This document shows, one piece after another, positions 1-9,043 of a DNA stretch of 64,000 nt. Position 1 is the first letter of the stretch; each line of letters opens with the position of its first letter. A program made the position numbers and the translations under genes. The stretch lies in assembly GCA_041664425.1 (NCBI GenBank), contig JBAYKU010000003.1, positions 3,373 to 67,372 on the forward strand. Direction: 5' to 3'. The notes under the pieces are model-generated. The model worked only from the letters and a program-made list of their open reading frames with translations, was not told where the DNA came from and made no database searches. The DNA comes from Minisyncoccota bacterium. Lineage in GTDB: Bacteria; Patescibacteriota; Minisyncoccia; Phycocordibacterales; XYD1-FULL-46-19.

Positions 1-2369
1 TGGCTAAAAAAGATTTCAAACACAAACTAGTCGTTTTTGATGCCCATGCGATTTTGCATCGGGGTTATCATGCTTTGCCTGAATTTACTTCCAGTAAGGG
101 GGAGCCGACGGGTGGGCTCTATGGTCTGACGGCGATGCTGATTCGGATTATTGGTGAATTAAAACCAGATTATTTGGTGGCTTGCTATGATCGCCCTGAG
201 CCGACTTTTCGTAAGCAAGCCTACGATGCCTATAAAGCCAAACGACCAAAAGCTGATGATGGGTTGGTCGCTCAAATTGAAAGATCAAAAGATATTTTTA
301 CCGCTCTCAATATTCCGATTTTTGAATTGCCAGGTTTTGAGGGCGATGACCTGATCGGCACAGTGGTGGAGCAAGCAAAAAAGATTAGTGATTTACAAAT
401 CATCGTGGCTTCTGGCGATATGGATACTTTGCAGTTGGTGGATGGCGAACAAGTCTTGGCTTACACTCTAAAAAAAGGCATCAATGATACCGTGGTTTAT
501 AACGAGAAGATGGTTAAGGAGCGTTTTGGTTTCGGGCCAGAACTTTTACCTGATTTCAAGGGTCTGCGTGGTGACCCCTCGGATAATATTATTGGTATTG
601 CGGGGATTGGGGAAAAGACGGCCACTGATTTGATTGTGGGTTTTGGTTCGATTGAACAAATTTATAAAAAATTAAAAAAGAGTGAGCAGTCTTTTCTCGA
701 TGCGGGGATCAAGGCGCGCATTGTCGGTCTACTAAAAGAAGGGGAGGAGGAAGCGATTTTCTCTAAAACTTTAGCGACCATCAAGCGCGATGTGCCCGTC
801 AAATTTATTTTACCTGATCAGGTTTGGCTAGAGACCATCGATCAGACCAAGGCAGAAAAGATTTTTATGGATTTGGAATTTAAATCATTGTTGGCTCGCC
901 TGAAAGGTCTTTTAAATAATCAGGCGACTAGTAATGAAGTCGAGACGACTTCGTCGTCAGTAGATGAACCAGTGATTGATTCGTTGGATGTTAAAAAAAC
1001 TGGTTTAGCTTTGTGGTTGCTAGATTCTGATTTGACCAACGCCAGTCTCGATGAGATTTATGCTTTTGCTGAAACGAGAGATTTTGCCGTGGCTCAAGAA
1101 AAAATTTTTGCTCGGCTTCACGATCAGGGTTTAGAAAAAGTCTATGAACAGATCGAGTTGCCACTTCTACCGATTATCGAAGCGATGCAAACCCGAGGCA
1201 TCTTGGTAGATAAAAATTTTTTAGCTGACTTGTCTGTTCGTTATCACAAAGAGCAGGATAAAATTAGTCAGAAAATTTTTGCTTTGGTGGGACATGAATT
1301 TAATCTCAATTCTCCTAAACAACTCGGCGAGGTTTTATTTACGGAATTAAAAATTTCACTCAAGGGAATGAAAAAAACGGCGGGGGGAGCTTTATCAACT
1401 CGCGAGTCGGAATTACAAAAAATCGCTGAAGCTCATCCGGTCATTCCGCTCATTCTCGATTATCGCGAATTGCAAAAATTACTTTCCACCTATATCGATA
1501 ATCTGCCGACCATGCTCGATGGCGAAGATCGTTTACATACCACTCTCAATCAAGCGGGGACGACTACTGGTCGGATGTCGTCCAATAATCCTAATTTGCA
1601 AAATATCCCCGCCAAAGGAGAACTCGGTCCAGAGATTCGCAAAGCTTTCGTGGCTAGCCCGGGCTATGAATTTTTGAGTTTTGATTATTCGCAGATTGAA
1701 ATGCGGGTTCTAGCCCTACTGTCTGGCGATACTGATTTGCAAAATATTTTCGCCAATGGTCAGGATATTCATGCTAGTGTGGCCTCGCGGGTTTTTGGCG
1801 TGCCGATGTCTGAAGTGACCAAAGATATGAGACGAAAAGCCAAGGTGATCAACTTCGGCATTATTTATGGCATGGGGGTCAACGCTCTGCGCACTAATCT
1901 CGGTGGCACTCGTGAGGAGGCTCAGCATTTTTATGATCAATATTTTATTACCTTTCCGACCATTAAAGCTTATTTTGATGGAGTGGTCAGCAAGGCAGGC
2001 CAGACTGGCTATACCGAGACTTGGTTTGGTCGTCGGCGTTATTTCCCCGGCCTTCACTCTAAGTTGCCTTTTGTTCGGGCTCAAGCCGAGCGCATGGCGA
2101 TGAACGCTCCTCTTCAGGGGACGGCTGCTGATATTATCAAACGGGCTATGGTTGAGGTGGTAGATAGCCTAAAGAAAAAGTACCTAGAGTCAGAGCTCTA
2201 TCTCCTTCTTCAGATCCACGATGAGTTATTATTTGAAGTCAAAGAGGGTAAAACAAAGGAAGTTTCTAGTGTTTTGATTTCTGCTATGGAAGAGATAGAT
2301 GGCCTCCCTATGAGATTTTTAGTGGAGGGTAAAAAGGGGGAGAGTTGGGGGAAAATGACGGCTTTTTAA
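1..2369 (+). CDS. polA: DNA polymerase I (5'-3' exonuclease + polymerase; proofreading domain reduced); start codon cut by window edge
   Basis: Frame open from position 3 (AKKDFKHKLVVFDAHAILHR) after 'tg' at 1-2; motifs EGDD, GDMD, GIGEKTA, DYSQIEMR, INFGIIYG, QIHDELLFE. Confidence 0.97.
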   Translation, partial: AKKDFKHKLVVFDAHAILHRGYHALPEFTSSKGEPTGGLYGLTAMLIRIIGELKPDYLVACYDRPEPTFRKQAYDAYKAKRPKADDGLVAQIERSKDIFTALNIPIFELPGFEGDDLIGTVVEQAKKISDLQIIVASGDMDTLQLVDGEQVLAYTLKKGINDTVVYNEKMVKERFGFGPELLPDFKGLRGDPSDNIIGIAGIGEKTATDLIVGFGSIEQIYKKLKKSEQSFLDAGIKARIVGLLKEGEEEAIFSKTLATIKRDVPVKFILPDQVWLETIDQTKAEKIFMDLEFKSLLARLKGLLNNQATSNEVETTSSSVDEPVIDSLDVKKTGLALWLLDSDLTNASLDEIYAFAETRDFAVAQEKIFARLHDQGLEKVYEQIELPLLPIIEAMQTRGILVDKNFLADLSVRYHKEQDKISQKIFALVGHEFNLNSPKQLGEVLFTELKISLKGMKKTAGGALSTRESELQKIAEAHPVIPLILDYRELQKLLSTYIDNLPTMLDGEDRLHTTLNQAGTTTGRMSSNNPNLQNIPAKGELGPEIRKAFVASPGYEFLSFDYSQIEMRVLALLSGDTDLQNIFANGQDIHASVASRVFGVPMSEVTKDMRRKAKVINFGIIYGMGVNALRTNLGGTREEAQHFYDQYFITFPTIKAYFDGVVSKAGQTGYTETWFGRRRYFPGLHSKLPFVRAQAERMAMNAPLQGTAADIIKRAMVEVVDSLKKKYLESELYLLLQIHDELLFEVKEGKTKEVSSVLISAMEEIDGLPMRFLVEGKKGESWGKMTAF

Positions 2370-2485
2370 GCCTAAAGTTGTCCACATTTGGAAAAAACTT
2401 GCATTTTAGCCCTAAAAACGATAATATTAAGCCACAACTTTCGTTGGAAAGGTCGATCTCAAAAAACCTATAGGTAAAAAAACAA

Positions 2486-2662
2486 ATGAAGAATTATATC
2501 ATCGTTGCCATTGTGATCATTTTGATCATCGCCGGCGTCGTCTGGTACTCCAACAAAGGTACCGTGGCTCCTGTTGACAATATGGCCACCACAACCGCTC
2601 CAGCCGTTGAAGGTACTATTGATACCACTGCTGTTGATGCAACGACTACTACTGCTCAATAA
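2486..2662 (+). CDS. small membrane-anchored Thr/Ala-rich protein (58 aa), absent from ORF track
   Basis: ATG 2486 to TAA 2662: MKNYIIVAIVIILIIAGVVWYSNKGTVAPVDNMATTTAPAVEGTIDTTAVDATTTTAQ; upstream TTGCAT..TAATAT promoter-like signal; terminator-like hairpin at about 2684-2720. Confidence 0.8.
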   Translation: MKNYIIVAIVIILIIAGVVWYSNKGTVAPVDNMATTTAPAVEGTIDTTAVDATTTTAQ

Positions 2663-2754
2663 TATCTCTGATGTTAAAGAAGCAAAACAAAAGACTCTGC
2701 TAGCAGGGTCTTTTGTTTTGCTGGTTTATAAGATTAGTTTATACTTATGGTTAT

Positions 2755-3225
2755 ATGATCACTCTTTCTACTTTTGCTATGGCAATTCGCTTGGTTGCCG
2801 CTTTATTGTTAGGTGGGTTGCTTGGTGTTGAAAGAACGATGGCTGGAAAGATGGCTGGTTTGCGAACCTATGCTTTAGTGTCGATGGGCTCAGCCCTGTT
2901 TGTCATTATTGCTCAGCAGGTGACAGCCTTGTCGGTTTTTAATGGCAATGCCGATCCTTTGCGGGTGGCTTCTCAGGTGCTGGTGGGCATTGGCTTTATT
3001 GGGGCCGGTTTGGTGATGGTCAAAGATTCCAAGCTGACGGGTCTGACAACGGCGGCCGGTTTGTGGCTGGCGGCTGGTGTTGGTTTGGCTTGCGGCTACG
3101 GCCTGATTAGTTTGGCGATTATTTCTACTATGCTCGGCCTGCTAGTTTTGGTTTCCTGGTTTTTGGAAAAGCCTCTCTTGAAGAATGATATTGACGACAC
3201 CTATGAACCCACCGGATCTAAATAA
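2755..3225 (+). CDS. MgtC/SapB family membrane protein
   Basis: GLLGVER..AGLRTYALVSMG, VASQVLVGIGFIGAG, GLTTAAGLW motifs. Confidence 0.92.
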   Translation: MITLSTFAMAIRLVAALLLGGLLGVERTMAGKMAGLRTYALVSMGSALFVIIAQQVTALSVFNGNADPLRVASQVLVGIGFIGAGLVMVKDSKLTGLTTAAGLWLAAGVGLACGYGLISLAIISTMLGLLVLVSWFLEKPLLKNDIDDTYEPTGSK

Positions 3226-3811
3226 TCCTAAAACTGTCGCTCTGTTGAAAATCAAGCAGGCGCTCCTCGACGCCGAGGAAGCGCCGCTTTTTAAATATCG
3301 AAAAGATAATAATTATTGGCCGGTGATCGGCGAGGGGAGTCATGAAGCCAAGATCATGTTTGTCGGCGAAGCTCCCGGAAAAAATGAAGCCAAGACTGGT
3401 CGGCCTTTTTGTGGAGCGGCGGGAAAAATTCTCGATGAGCTCTTGGCGGGGATCGGTCTTAAACGCGAAGATATTTATATTACTAATATTGTCAAAGATC
3501 GTCCGCCAGAAAATCGTGATCCACTGCCGGAAGAAATCGCTTACTACGCCCCACTACTAGATCAACAGATTGAAATTCTTCAGCCACGCGTCATTGCCAC
3601 TCTCGGTCGGTTTTCAATGAGCTATTTGTTGACGAAATATTTTTTGCCCGCCAGCACTATTACTGAGATGCACGGACGAGTAATCGAGACCGAGGAAAAA
3701 TATGGGCCAGTGACGATCGTCCCGCTCTATCATCCGGCAGCGGCTATTTATAATCAACACCTGAAAGATACCTTGAAAAAAGATTTTGCAGTTCTAGCTA
3801 GGTTTAAGTAG
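3203..3811 (+). CDS. uracil-DNA glycosylase, family 4-like
   Basis: FVGEAPGKNE..GRPFCG, NIVKDRPPENRDP, YHPAA motifs; the usual Fe-S cysteines are largely absent. Confidence 0.92.
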   Translation: MNPPDLNNPKTVALLKIKQALLDAEEAPLFKYRKDNNYWPVIGEGSHEAKIMFVGEAPGKNEAKTGRPFCGAAGKILDELLAGIGLKREDIYITNIVKDRPPENRDPLPEEIAYYAPLLDQQIEILQPRVIATLGRFSMSYLLTKYFLPASTITEMHGRVIETEEKYGPVTIVPLYHPAAAIYNQHLKDTLKKDFAVLARFK

Positions 3812-3820
3812 AATAGGGCC

Positions 3821-4585
3821 ATGAAGCTAATCTCCTGGAATGTGAACGGTATTAGGGCCTGTGTCAAAAACGGCTTTGTGAGCTTTTTGGTTAAGGAAAA
3901 ACCGGATTTGTTGGGCTTGCAGGAAATAAAAATTAGTGACGAAGCGCGCCTCAAAGAGACTTTTGACTTTCAAAATTATGAGGAATTTTGGTACCCAGCT
4001 GAGCGACCAGGGTATAGTGGGACAGCGATTTTAGCTAAAAATAAAGTGGTGGTGAAAAATGGTTTAAGCATCAAAGAACTAGATACTGAGGGACGAGTGC
4101 AGACGGTTGAGCTAAAAGATTTTTATCTGGTCAATGTTTATTTTCCCAATGCCAATCATGAGCTATCGCGCTTAGATTTTAAAATTAAATTCAATCAGGC
4201 CCTTTTAAAATATCTGAAAAAGTTAGAGACTAAAAAACCAGTAGTAGTTTGTGGGGATTTTAATGTGGCCCATCGGGAGATCGACCTGGCTCGACCGAAA
4301 GAAAACGAAGGCAATGCTGGTTTTACAGTGGAGGAGCGGGCCTGGGCCGACGAGCTCGAGCGGGCCGGTTTCGTTGATACTTTTCGTCATTTACATCCCA
4401 CTAAACAAGAGTACTCTTGGTGGAGCTATCGAATGATGGCTCGGGATCGGGATGTCGGCTGGCGGATTGATAGCTTTTGGGTTAGTCAAAAATTGGTGCC
4501 AAAAATAAAAAAAGCTTGGATTTTAGGTGAAGTGTTTGGTTCTGACCATGCACCGGTGGGATTAGAAATTGACTTGTCCTCCTAA
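3821..4585 (+). CDS. xth: exodeoxyribonuclease III / AP endonuclease
   Basis: SWNVNGIRA, LQEIK, GDFNVAH, GWRID, SDHAPV. Confidence 0.96.
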   Translation: MKLISWNVNGIRACVKNGFVSFLVKEKPDLLGLQEIKISDEARLKETFDFQNYEEFWYPAERPGYSGTAILAKNKVVVKNGLSIKELDTEGRVQTVELKDFYLVNVYFPNANHELSRLDFKIKFNQALLKYLKKLETKKPVVVCGDFNVAHREIDLARPKENEGNAGFTVEERAWADELERAGFVDTFRHLHPTKQEYSWWSYRMMARDRDVGWRIDSFWVSQKLVPKIKKAWILGEVFGSDHAPVGLEIDLSS

Positions 4586-4873
4586 CTTTTTAGTTGCGAA
4601 TTATGCAATATGTTTATATTTTAAAAAGTGACGAAGATGATGAACTATATATTGGGTGCACTAAAGATTTAAAGAAGCGTGTCGAATTGCATAATTCAAA
4701 AAAAGTGCCATCTACTGAGAAACGTGGTAGGTTAAAGTTGATATATTATGAAGCTTTCATTAGTAAAGATGATGTTTTTGCCAGAGAAAGATTTTTTAAA
4801 ACCGGTTGGGGTCGAACCAATATCAAGAAGTTATTGTTTAACTTTTTTAACAACTAAAAAGTTTGGAGGATAA
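4574..4873. mobile_element. GIY-YIG nuclease cassette bounded by 23-bp imperfect inverted repeats
   Basis: Left arm 4574-4596 TTGTCCTCCTAACTTTTTAGTTG; right arm 4851-4873 CAACTAAAAAGTTTGGAGGATAA; 21/23 complementary. Confidence 0.65.
4603..4857 (+). CDS. GIY-YIG nuclease superfamily protein (small, standalone)
   Basis: YVYILKS...LYIGCTKDLKKRVELHN...LIYYEAF...ARERFFK. Confidence 0.92.
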   Translation: MQYVYILKSDEDDELYIGCTKDLKKRVELHNSKKVPSTEKRGRLKLIYYEAFISKDDVFARERFFKTGWGRTNIKKLLFNFFNN

Positions 4874-5590
4874 ATGCTCTATCTCATCCACGGTCGTGAC
4901 ACGATCAAAAGTCAAAATAAGTACAACGATCTCATTATCTCTCTGCGTGAGCGTCAGCCGGACAGTGCAGTTTTTTTATTGAACGAAGAAAATTTTAGAG
5001 AAGCGCAGTGGCAAGAACTTTTAGTAGGACAGAGTTTGTTTTATCAAAAATATGTTGTCGGTGGTAATCGTCTTTTGGCTAATAAAGAATTTGGACCGAT
5101 TGTGGCAGAGAATATTGAAGAGCTGGCTAAGTCGCCACATATTTTTATTTTAATTGAAGAAAAGTTAGATTTGAAAATCTTTGAAAAAATTGAGAAAAAT
5201 GCTGACAAGGTTTTGTTTTTTGATAAGAAGGAGGCCGAGGTGGGGGAGACTTACAATGATTTTGCGGTGGCCGATGCCCTGTGTCGTCGGGATAAGAAAA
5301 AATTATGGTTAGAATATATCAAGGCCATAAACGATGGGCGAGAAGCAGATATGATTTTTTGGCAATTGTGGTGGCAGTTGAAGATGTTGTTGGTAGCTAA
5401 AATGACCAAGCAGAAAACTCCTAAGACCATCAAGCCTTTTGTTTTTAATAAAGCCATGCGTGGTGCCGGAAACTATACCGAAGAAGAATTAAAAAGTTTG
5501 GCCGGGAAAATGGTTCGCTTCTATCATCAAAATTTTCCCGGCAGCGAAGACTTTGCTTTTGGTTTAGAAAAAATAATTTTGGAGATCTAA
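4874..5590 (+). CDS. holA: putative DNA polymerase III delta subunit (divergent, short)
   Basis: N-terminal MLYLIHGRD, QSLF motif, C-terminal KPFVFNKA..NYTEEEL..LEKIIL pattern typical of HolA. Confidence 0.6.
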   Translation: MLYLIHGRDTIKSQNKYNDLIISLRERQPDSAVFLLNEENFREAQWQELLVGQSLFYQKYVVGGNRLLANKEFGPIVAENIEELAKSPHIFILIEEKLDLKIFEKIEKNADKVLFFDKKEAEVGETYNDFAVADALCRRDKKKLWLEYIKAINDGREADMIFWQLWWQLKMLLVAKMTKQKTPKTIKPFVFNKAMRGAGNYTEEELKSLAGKMVRFYHQNFPGSEDFAFGLEKIILEI

Positions 5591-5603
5591 TCTTCATGTT
5601 AAA

Positions 5604-6776
5604 ATGAAAACAATGAATTCCCAATCTGGCTTTATGGTTCAGGTGGTGGCTATTGTTTTGGCAGTAGTGGCGATTATTTTGATGGTCTCTTTTGGTTCAC
5701 CTCTTAATTTTTCCTGGCCCATAAAAAACCAGACAGCTGCCGCTAGTCAATCTTTAGTCGAAGCGACAACTTCAATTAAAATCATCGAAGTAGCTAATCC
5801 AGTCGAAACGTCTTGGAAGCAGGTTGAACCCAGTCTAATTAAATTTCCTGGTCGTGATTCTCATGCTACCTATGAATTTAACGGCAAGTTATTTTTGACT
5901 GGCGGTTTGGATGCAACCGGGACTGGCCCTGCCAATAATCCAGTTTATGAGAAAGCTAAATATTATAATGATATTTGGTCCTCAGATGACGGTGAAAATT
6001 GGACTTTAGTTAAAGCCAAAGCTGATTTTCCACCTCTCCGTTCGATGTCCGTTGTTAATTTCAAGGGTGCTCTATATATGTTTGGTGGTTGGGGGCCGAC
6101 TGTCGGTTATAAAAATGGGATTTGGAAATCGACTGATGGTATCGTTTGGTCTAGGATCGCTAACACATCTTTCGATGAACGTGAGGGGCAGAAGGTAATA
6201 ATTTTTAATGACAAGCTATGGCTGATCGGAGGGGTAAATTATTTTACTAAAAAAACTTTTAATGATGTCTGGTCTTCGTCTGATGGGGTGGCCTGGAGAA
6301 AAGAAGTGGCCAATGCTCCATGGCATTCTCGCTGGGATCATGATGTGGCGGTTTTTAATGACCAGATTTGGTTGGTGGGCGGAATGAATTTTAATGGCGT
6401 GGGCTATGGCGATGAGTGGAGGTCAGAAGATGGAAAAAAATGGACTCGGGTGACAGAGCTGGCGCCATGGAAAAAACGTCAGGGCCAAGCCCTAGTAGTT
6501 TTCAAGGATCTGATGTGGTTGATTGGTGGTATTGATGCCAAGACTAGCGAGGGGATAGGCGATACTTGGTTTACAAAAAATGGGGTTGATTGGCAGAAGA
6601 CAGAAATAGATGGCGGTTGGTCGGGTCGGGAGGATCACGAAGTTAATGTTTTCAAAGATAAGATCGTTATTACTGGTGGAATGAATGGTAATTTTGAGTG
6701 GCTGAATGATGTTTGGGTGGCCACTGTCCCGGTGGAGAAGGTGGAGGTGAAAGTCGATGAAATGGTCTCTAGGTGA
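5604..6776 (+). CDS. membrane-anchored Kelch-like beta-propeller protein
   Basis: N-terminal TM helix; about six repeats of R..H...VF..K(L/I)WLxGG....NDVW.S.DG..W. Confidence 0.85.
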   Translation: MKTMNSQSGFMVQVVAIVLAVVAIILMVSFGSPLNFSWPIKNQTAAASQSLVEATTSIKIIEVANPVETSWKQVEPSLIKFPGRDSHATYEFNGKLFLTGGLDATGTGPANNPVYEKAKYYNDIWSSDDGENWTLVKAKADFPPLRSMSVVNFKGALYMFGGWGPTVGYKNGIWKSTDGIVWSRIANTSFDEREGQKVIIFNDKLWLIGGVNYFTKKTFNDVWSSSDGVAWRKEVANAPWHSRWDHDVAVFNDQIWLVGGMNFNGVGYGDEWRSEDGKKWTRVTELAPWKKRQGQALVVFKDLMWLIGGIDAKTSEGIGDTWFTKNGVDWQKTEIDGGWSGREDHEVNVFKDKIVITGGMNGNFEWLNDVWVATVPVEKVEVKVDEMVSR

Positions 6777-6844
6777 TTTTTCTTTACTTTTTTGCTCAAA
6801 TTGGTATTATTTGCTTGCTTTTTTAGATATTTAGAGAAGTTGTT

Positions 6845-6917
6845 GCCCCGTTAGCTCAGCTGGTAGAGCAGTTGCCTTTTAAGCAAACGGTCGTAGGTTC
6901 GATTCCTACACGGGGCA
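6845..6917 (+). tRNA. tRNA-Lys(UUU)
   Basis: Acceptor GCCCCGT/ACGGGGC, D-loop TGGTA, anticodon loop CTTTTAA, GGTTCGATTCC. Confidence 0.95.
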
Positions 6918-6988
6918 CAAAATAAAATAACCGACCTGTGAGCGGTTTTTATTTTGTGCCTAATTGAATTCTAAGTTAGGATGTTTTT

Positions 6989-7462
6989 ATGGCTAAAAAA
7001 GACCTATCGCTAATTCTCCATAATATCCGCAGTTCTCACAATGTGGGGGCGATTTTTCGTACGGCTGATGGGGCAGGGGTGAGTAAAATTTACCTGACTG
7101 GTTATACCCCGAAACCGATTGACCAATTTGGCCGACCAGATAAAGCTCTGGCGAAGACTGCTCTCGGTGCCGAGAAGACTATAGCCTGGCAATATCTGGC
7201 TTCCGCCTCAACTTTGATCAATAAACTTAAGAAATCAGGTACAGAAATTATCGCCTTAGAACAAGCGCCTGATTCGGTAGATTTCCGGCGGGCTAAAATC
7301 AAATGGCCGGCCGCCCTCTTGTTGGGCGAGGAGGTGGAGGGGGTTAATAAAGCGCTACTAAAAAAAAGTGATCAGATTATTGAAATCCCGATGCGAGGGC
7401 AAAAAGAATCACTCAACGTTTCGGTGGCCACCGGTATTGCAGTTTATGAAATTTTGAAGTAA
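6989..7462 (+). CDS. SpoU/TrmH family RNA 2'-O-methyltransferase
   Basis: HNVGAIFRTAD, LGEEVEG, IPMRGQKESLNVSVA (SPOUT motifs). Confidence 0.93.
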   Translation: MAKKDLSLILHNIRSSHNVGAIFRTADGAGVSKIYLTGYTPKPIDQFGRPDKALAKTALGAEKTIAWQYLASASTLINKLKKSGTEIIALEQAPDSVDFRRAKIKWPAALLLGEEVEGVNKALLKKSDQIIEIPMRGQKESLNVSVATGIAVYEILK

Positions 7463-7747
7463 TTTAGATAAGGTTTTTCTGAATATTTTTTAAAAATTTG
7501 ATGAGCCAAGTGTTTTTTAGGGGGAAAGGATTTTCTAAGTTCACCCTATGGAATAGCAAAGCGAAATTTGTCAAAAAAACTTACTTAATTTCAAAATGGC
7601 TGGGCTTGGGTCTGGGTTTTGAAATTAAGAAAGTTTTTGAACAAATTTATTCCATGGGGCAGGAAAAATCCGTACCCTAAAAAATAGCTTGGAGAAGAAA
7701 TGTAAAAAATGTTTAGAAAAACTGTTTACTAATTTATTTATAAAACT

Positions 7748-8425
7748 ATGGAAGAAACTGGTTTGACTAAAATTACGCTCCTGTCGATCATCACCATTTT
7801 GATTGTTGGCTCTTTGATTGGGGGAAGTATTTATTTGAAAAAAGGTGAGGGGAGCGATATGGCCACTAGTTCACTGGCCATGGTTGGGGCAATTAATAAT
7901 CAAGCTAGTTCTACTAATCAACAAACAACTATGCCAGAAATAACTATTGATAAAAATAAAAATTACAGCGTTGTGCTTCATACCACTGAAGGTGATATTG
8001 CTATCGAGCTTGCGGCTCAGGCGACCCCAGTTACTGTTAATAATTTTGTGACTTTAGCTAAAAAAGATTTTTATAACGGCACGATTTTCCATCGGGTGAT
8101 CAAGGGCTTTATGATCCAGGGTGGTGATCCGACAGGTACGGGTATGGGTGGTCCTGGTTATAAATTTAACGATGAACCGTTTGCTGGTGAATATACTCGC
8201 GGGACAGTGGCCATGGCCAACGCTGGTCCCAATACCAACGGTTCCCAATTCTTTATCATGCACGCGGATGTCCCACTACCAAAGGCTTATGTGATTTTTG
8301 GTAAGGTGATATCCGGGATGGAAACGGTGGATAAAATTGCGACCGCTCCCGTTAAGGCTGGTGGTGAGAATTCCTCTCCCATTAATCCAGTTAAGGTGAC
8401 CTCTGTAGAGGTGATAGAGAAGTAG
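7748..8425 (+). CDS. cyclophilin-type peptidyl-prolyl isomerase with N-terminal membrane anchor
   Basis: FYNGTIFHRVIKGFMIQGGDP, AMANAGPNTNGSQFFI. Confidence 0.96.
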   Translation: MEETGLTKITLLSIITILIVGSLIGGSIYLKKGEGSDMATSSLAMVGAINNQASSTNQQTTMPEITIDKNKNYSVVLHTTEGDIAIELAAQATPVTVNNFVTLAKKDFYNGTIFHRVIKGFMIQGGDPTGTGMGGPGYKFNDEPFAGEYTRGTVAMANAGPNTNGSQFFIMHADVPLPKAYVIFGKVISGMETVDKIATAPVKAGGENSSPINPVKVTSVEVIEK

Positions 8426-8448
8426 TAAAAGTAGTAGAGTAGTAAGCA

Positions 8449-8497
8449 AAAACCCCTGATTTGTGCGAAGTCGGACTTCGCACAAATCAGGGGTTTT
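8449..8497. repeat. perfect inverted repeat with 24-bp arms (REP-like or terminator)
   Basis: AAAACCCCTGATTTGTGCGAAGTC-G-GACTTCGCACAAATCAGGGGTTTT. Confidence 0.85.
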
Positions 8498-8502
8498 ATT
8501 GT

Positions 8503-8537
8503 AAAAAAGGAACGCCATCACTGGAGGTGATGGCGTT
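8503..8537 (-). terminator. intrinsic terminator
   Basis: AACGCCATCAC/GTGATGGCGTT stem followed on the minus strand by CCTTTTTT. Confidence 0.7.
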
Positions 8538-8701
8538 AGACGAAAGAGAATGGAAAAGGGACCCCGCTCGTAGAGCCTTTGGGTAGGTGGCTAGCAAGAG
8601 ACCTTATCACCCTCCGCAATCATCTGGCCGGATGATTGTTTCAAGCAATTTGGCTTTCTACCTAGCGTCCTTTACGCGCCCTTCCATACTGAGCGATCAA
8701 C

Positions 8702-8971
8702 TCAGTTAATATCTACTGGATGAAGTGGCGTACCATGATTAACCAGCATAACCATGCAGTCTTTACGATTCCGACTGCCGGCGCTTTTCCAGTCCTCTTT
8801 CAATTCCACTGACATTTCTAGCAGATTTGATTGTTTTTGGCAATGAAAAAGGCCATCGCAGAGAGAATCGCCTTTTTCGCTCGCCACTACTGGGTTGTGA
8901 CCTTTCTCGTCTATGGGCAGACTTGCGATGGCCTGTGACGACAATGTATCAAGATAGATTATTTTTGGCAA
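8702..8971 (-). CDS. hypothetical protein (doubtful)
   Basis: 89-codon ORF only; no recognised motif. Confidence 0.3.
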   Translation of the reverse strand: MPKIIYLDTLSSQAIASLPIDEKGHNPVVASEKGDSLCDGLFHCQKQSNLLEMSVELKEDWKSAGSRNRKDCMVMLVNHGTPLHPVDIN

Positions 8972-9043
8972 TGGCTACAGAAATGAGCCCTAACAGTTTT
9001 TATTTCATAAAACTGAAAGGGTAAATTCCTCAACTTTGGCATA

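Noticed and set aside
2468-2831. Track ORFs 2468-2659 (-) and 2574-2831 (+)
   Set aside because: Both overlap the better-supported 58-aa membrane protein at 2486-2662 in other frames.
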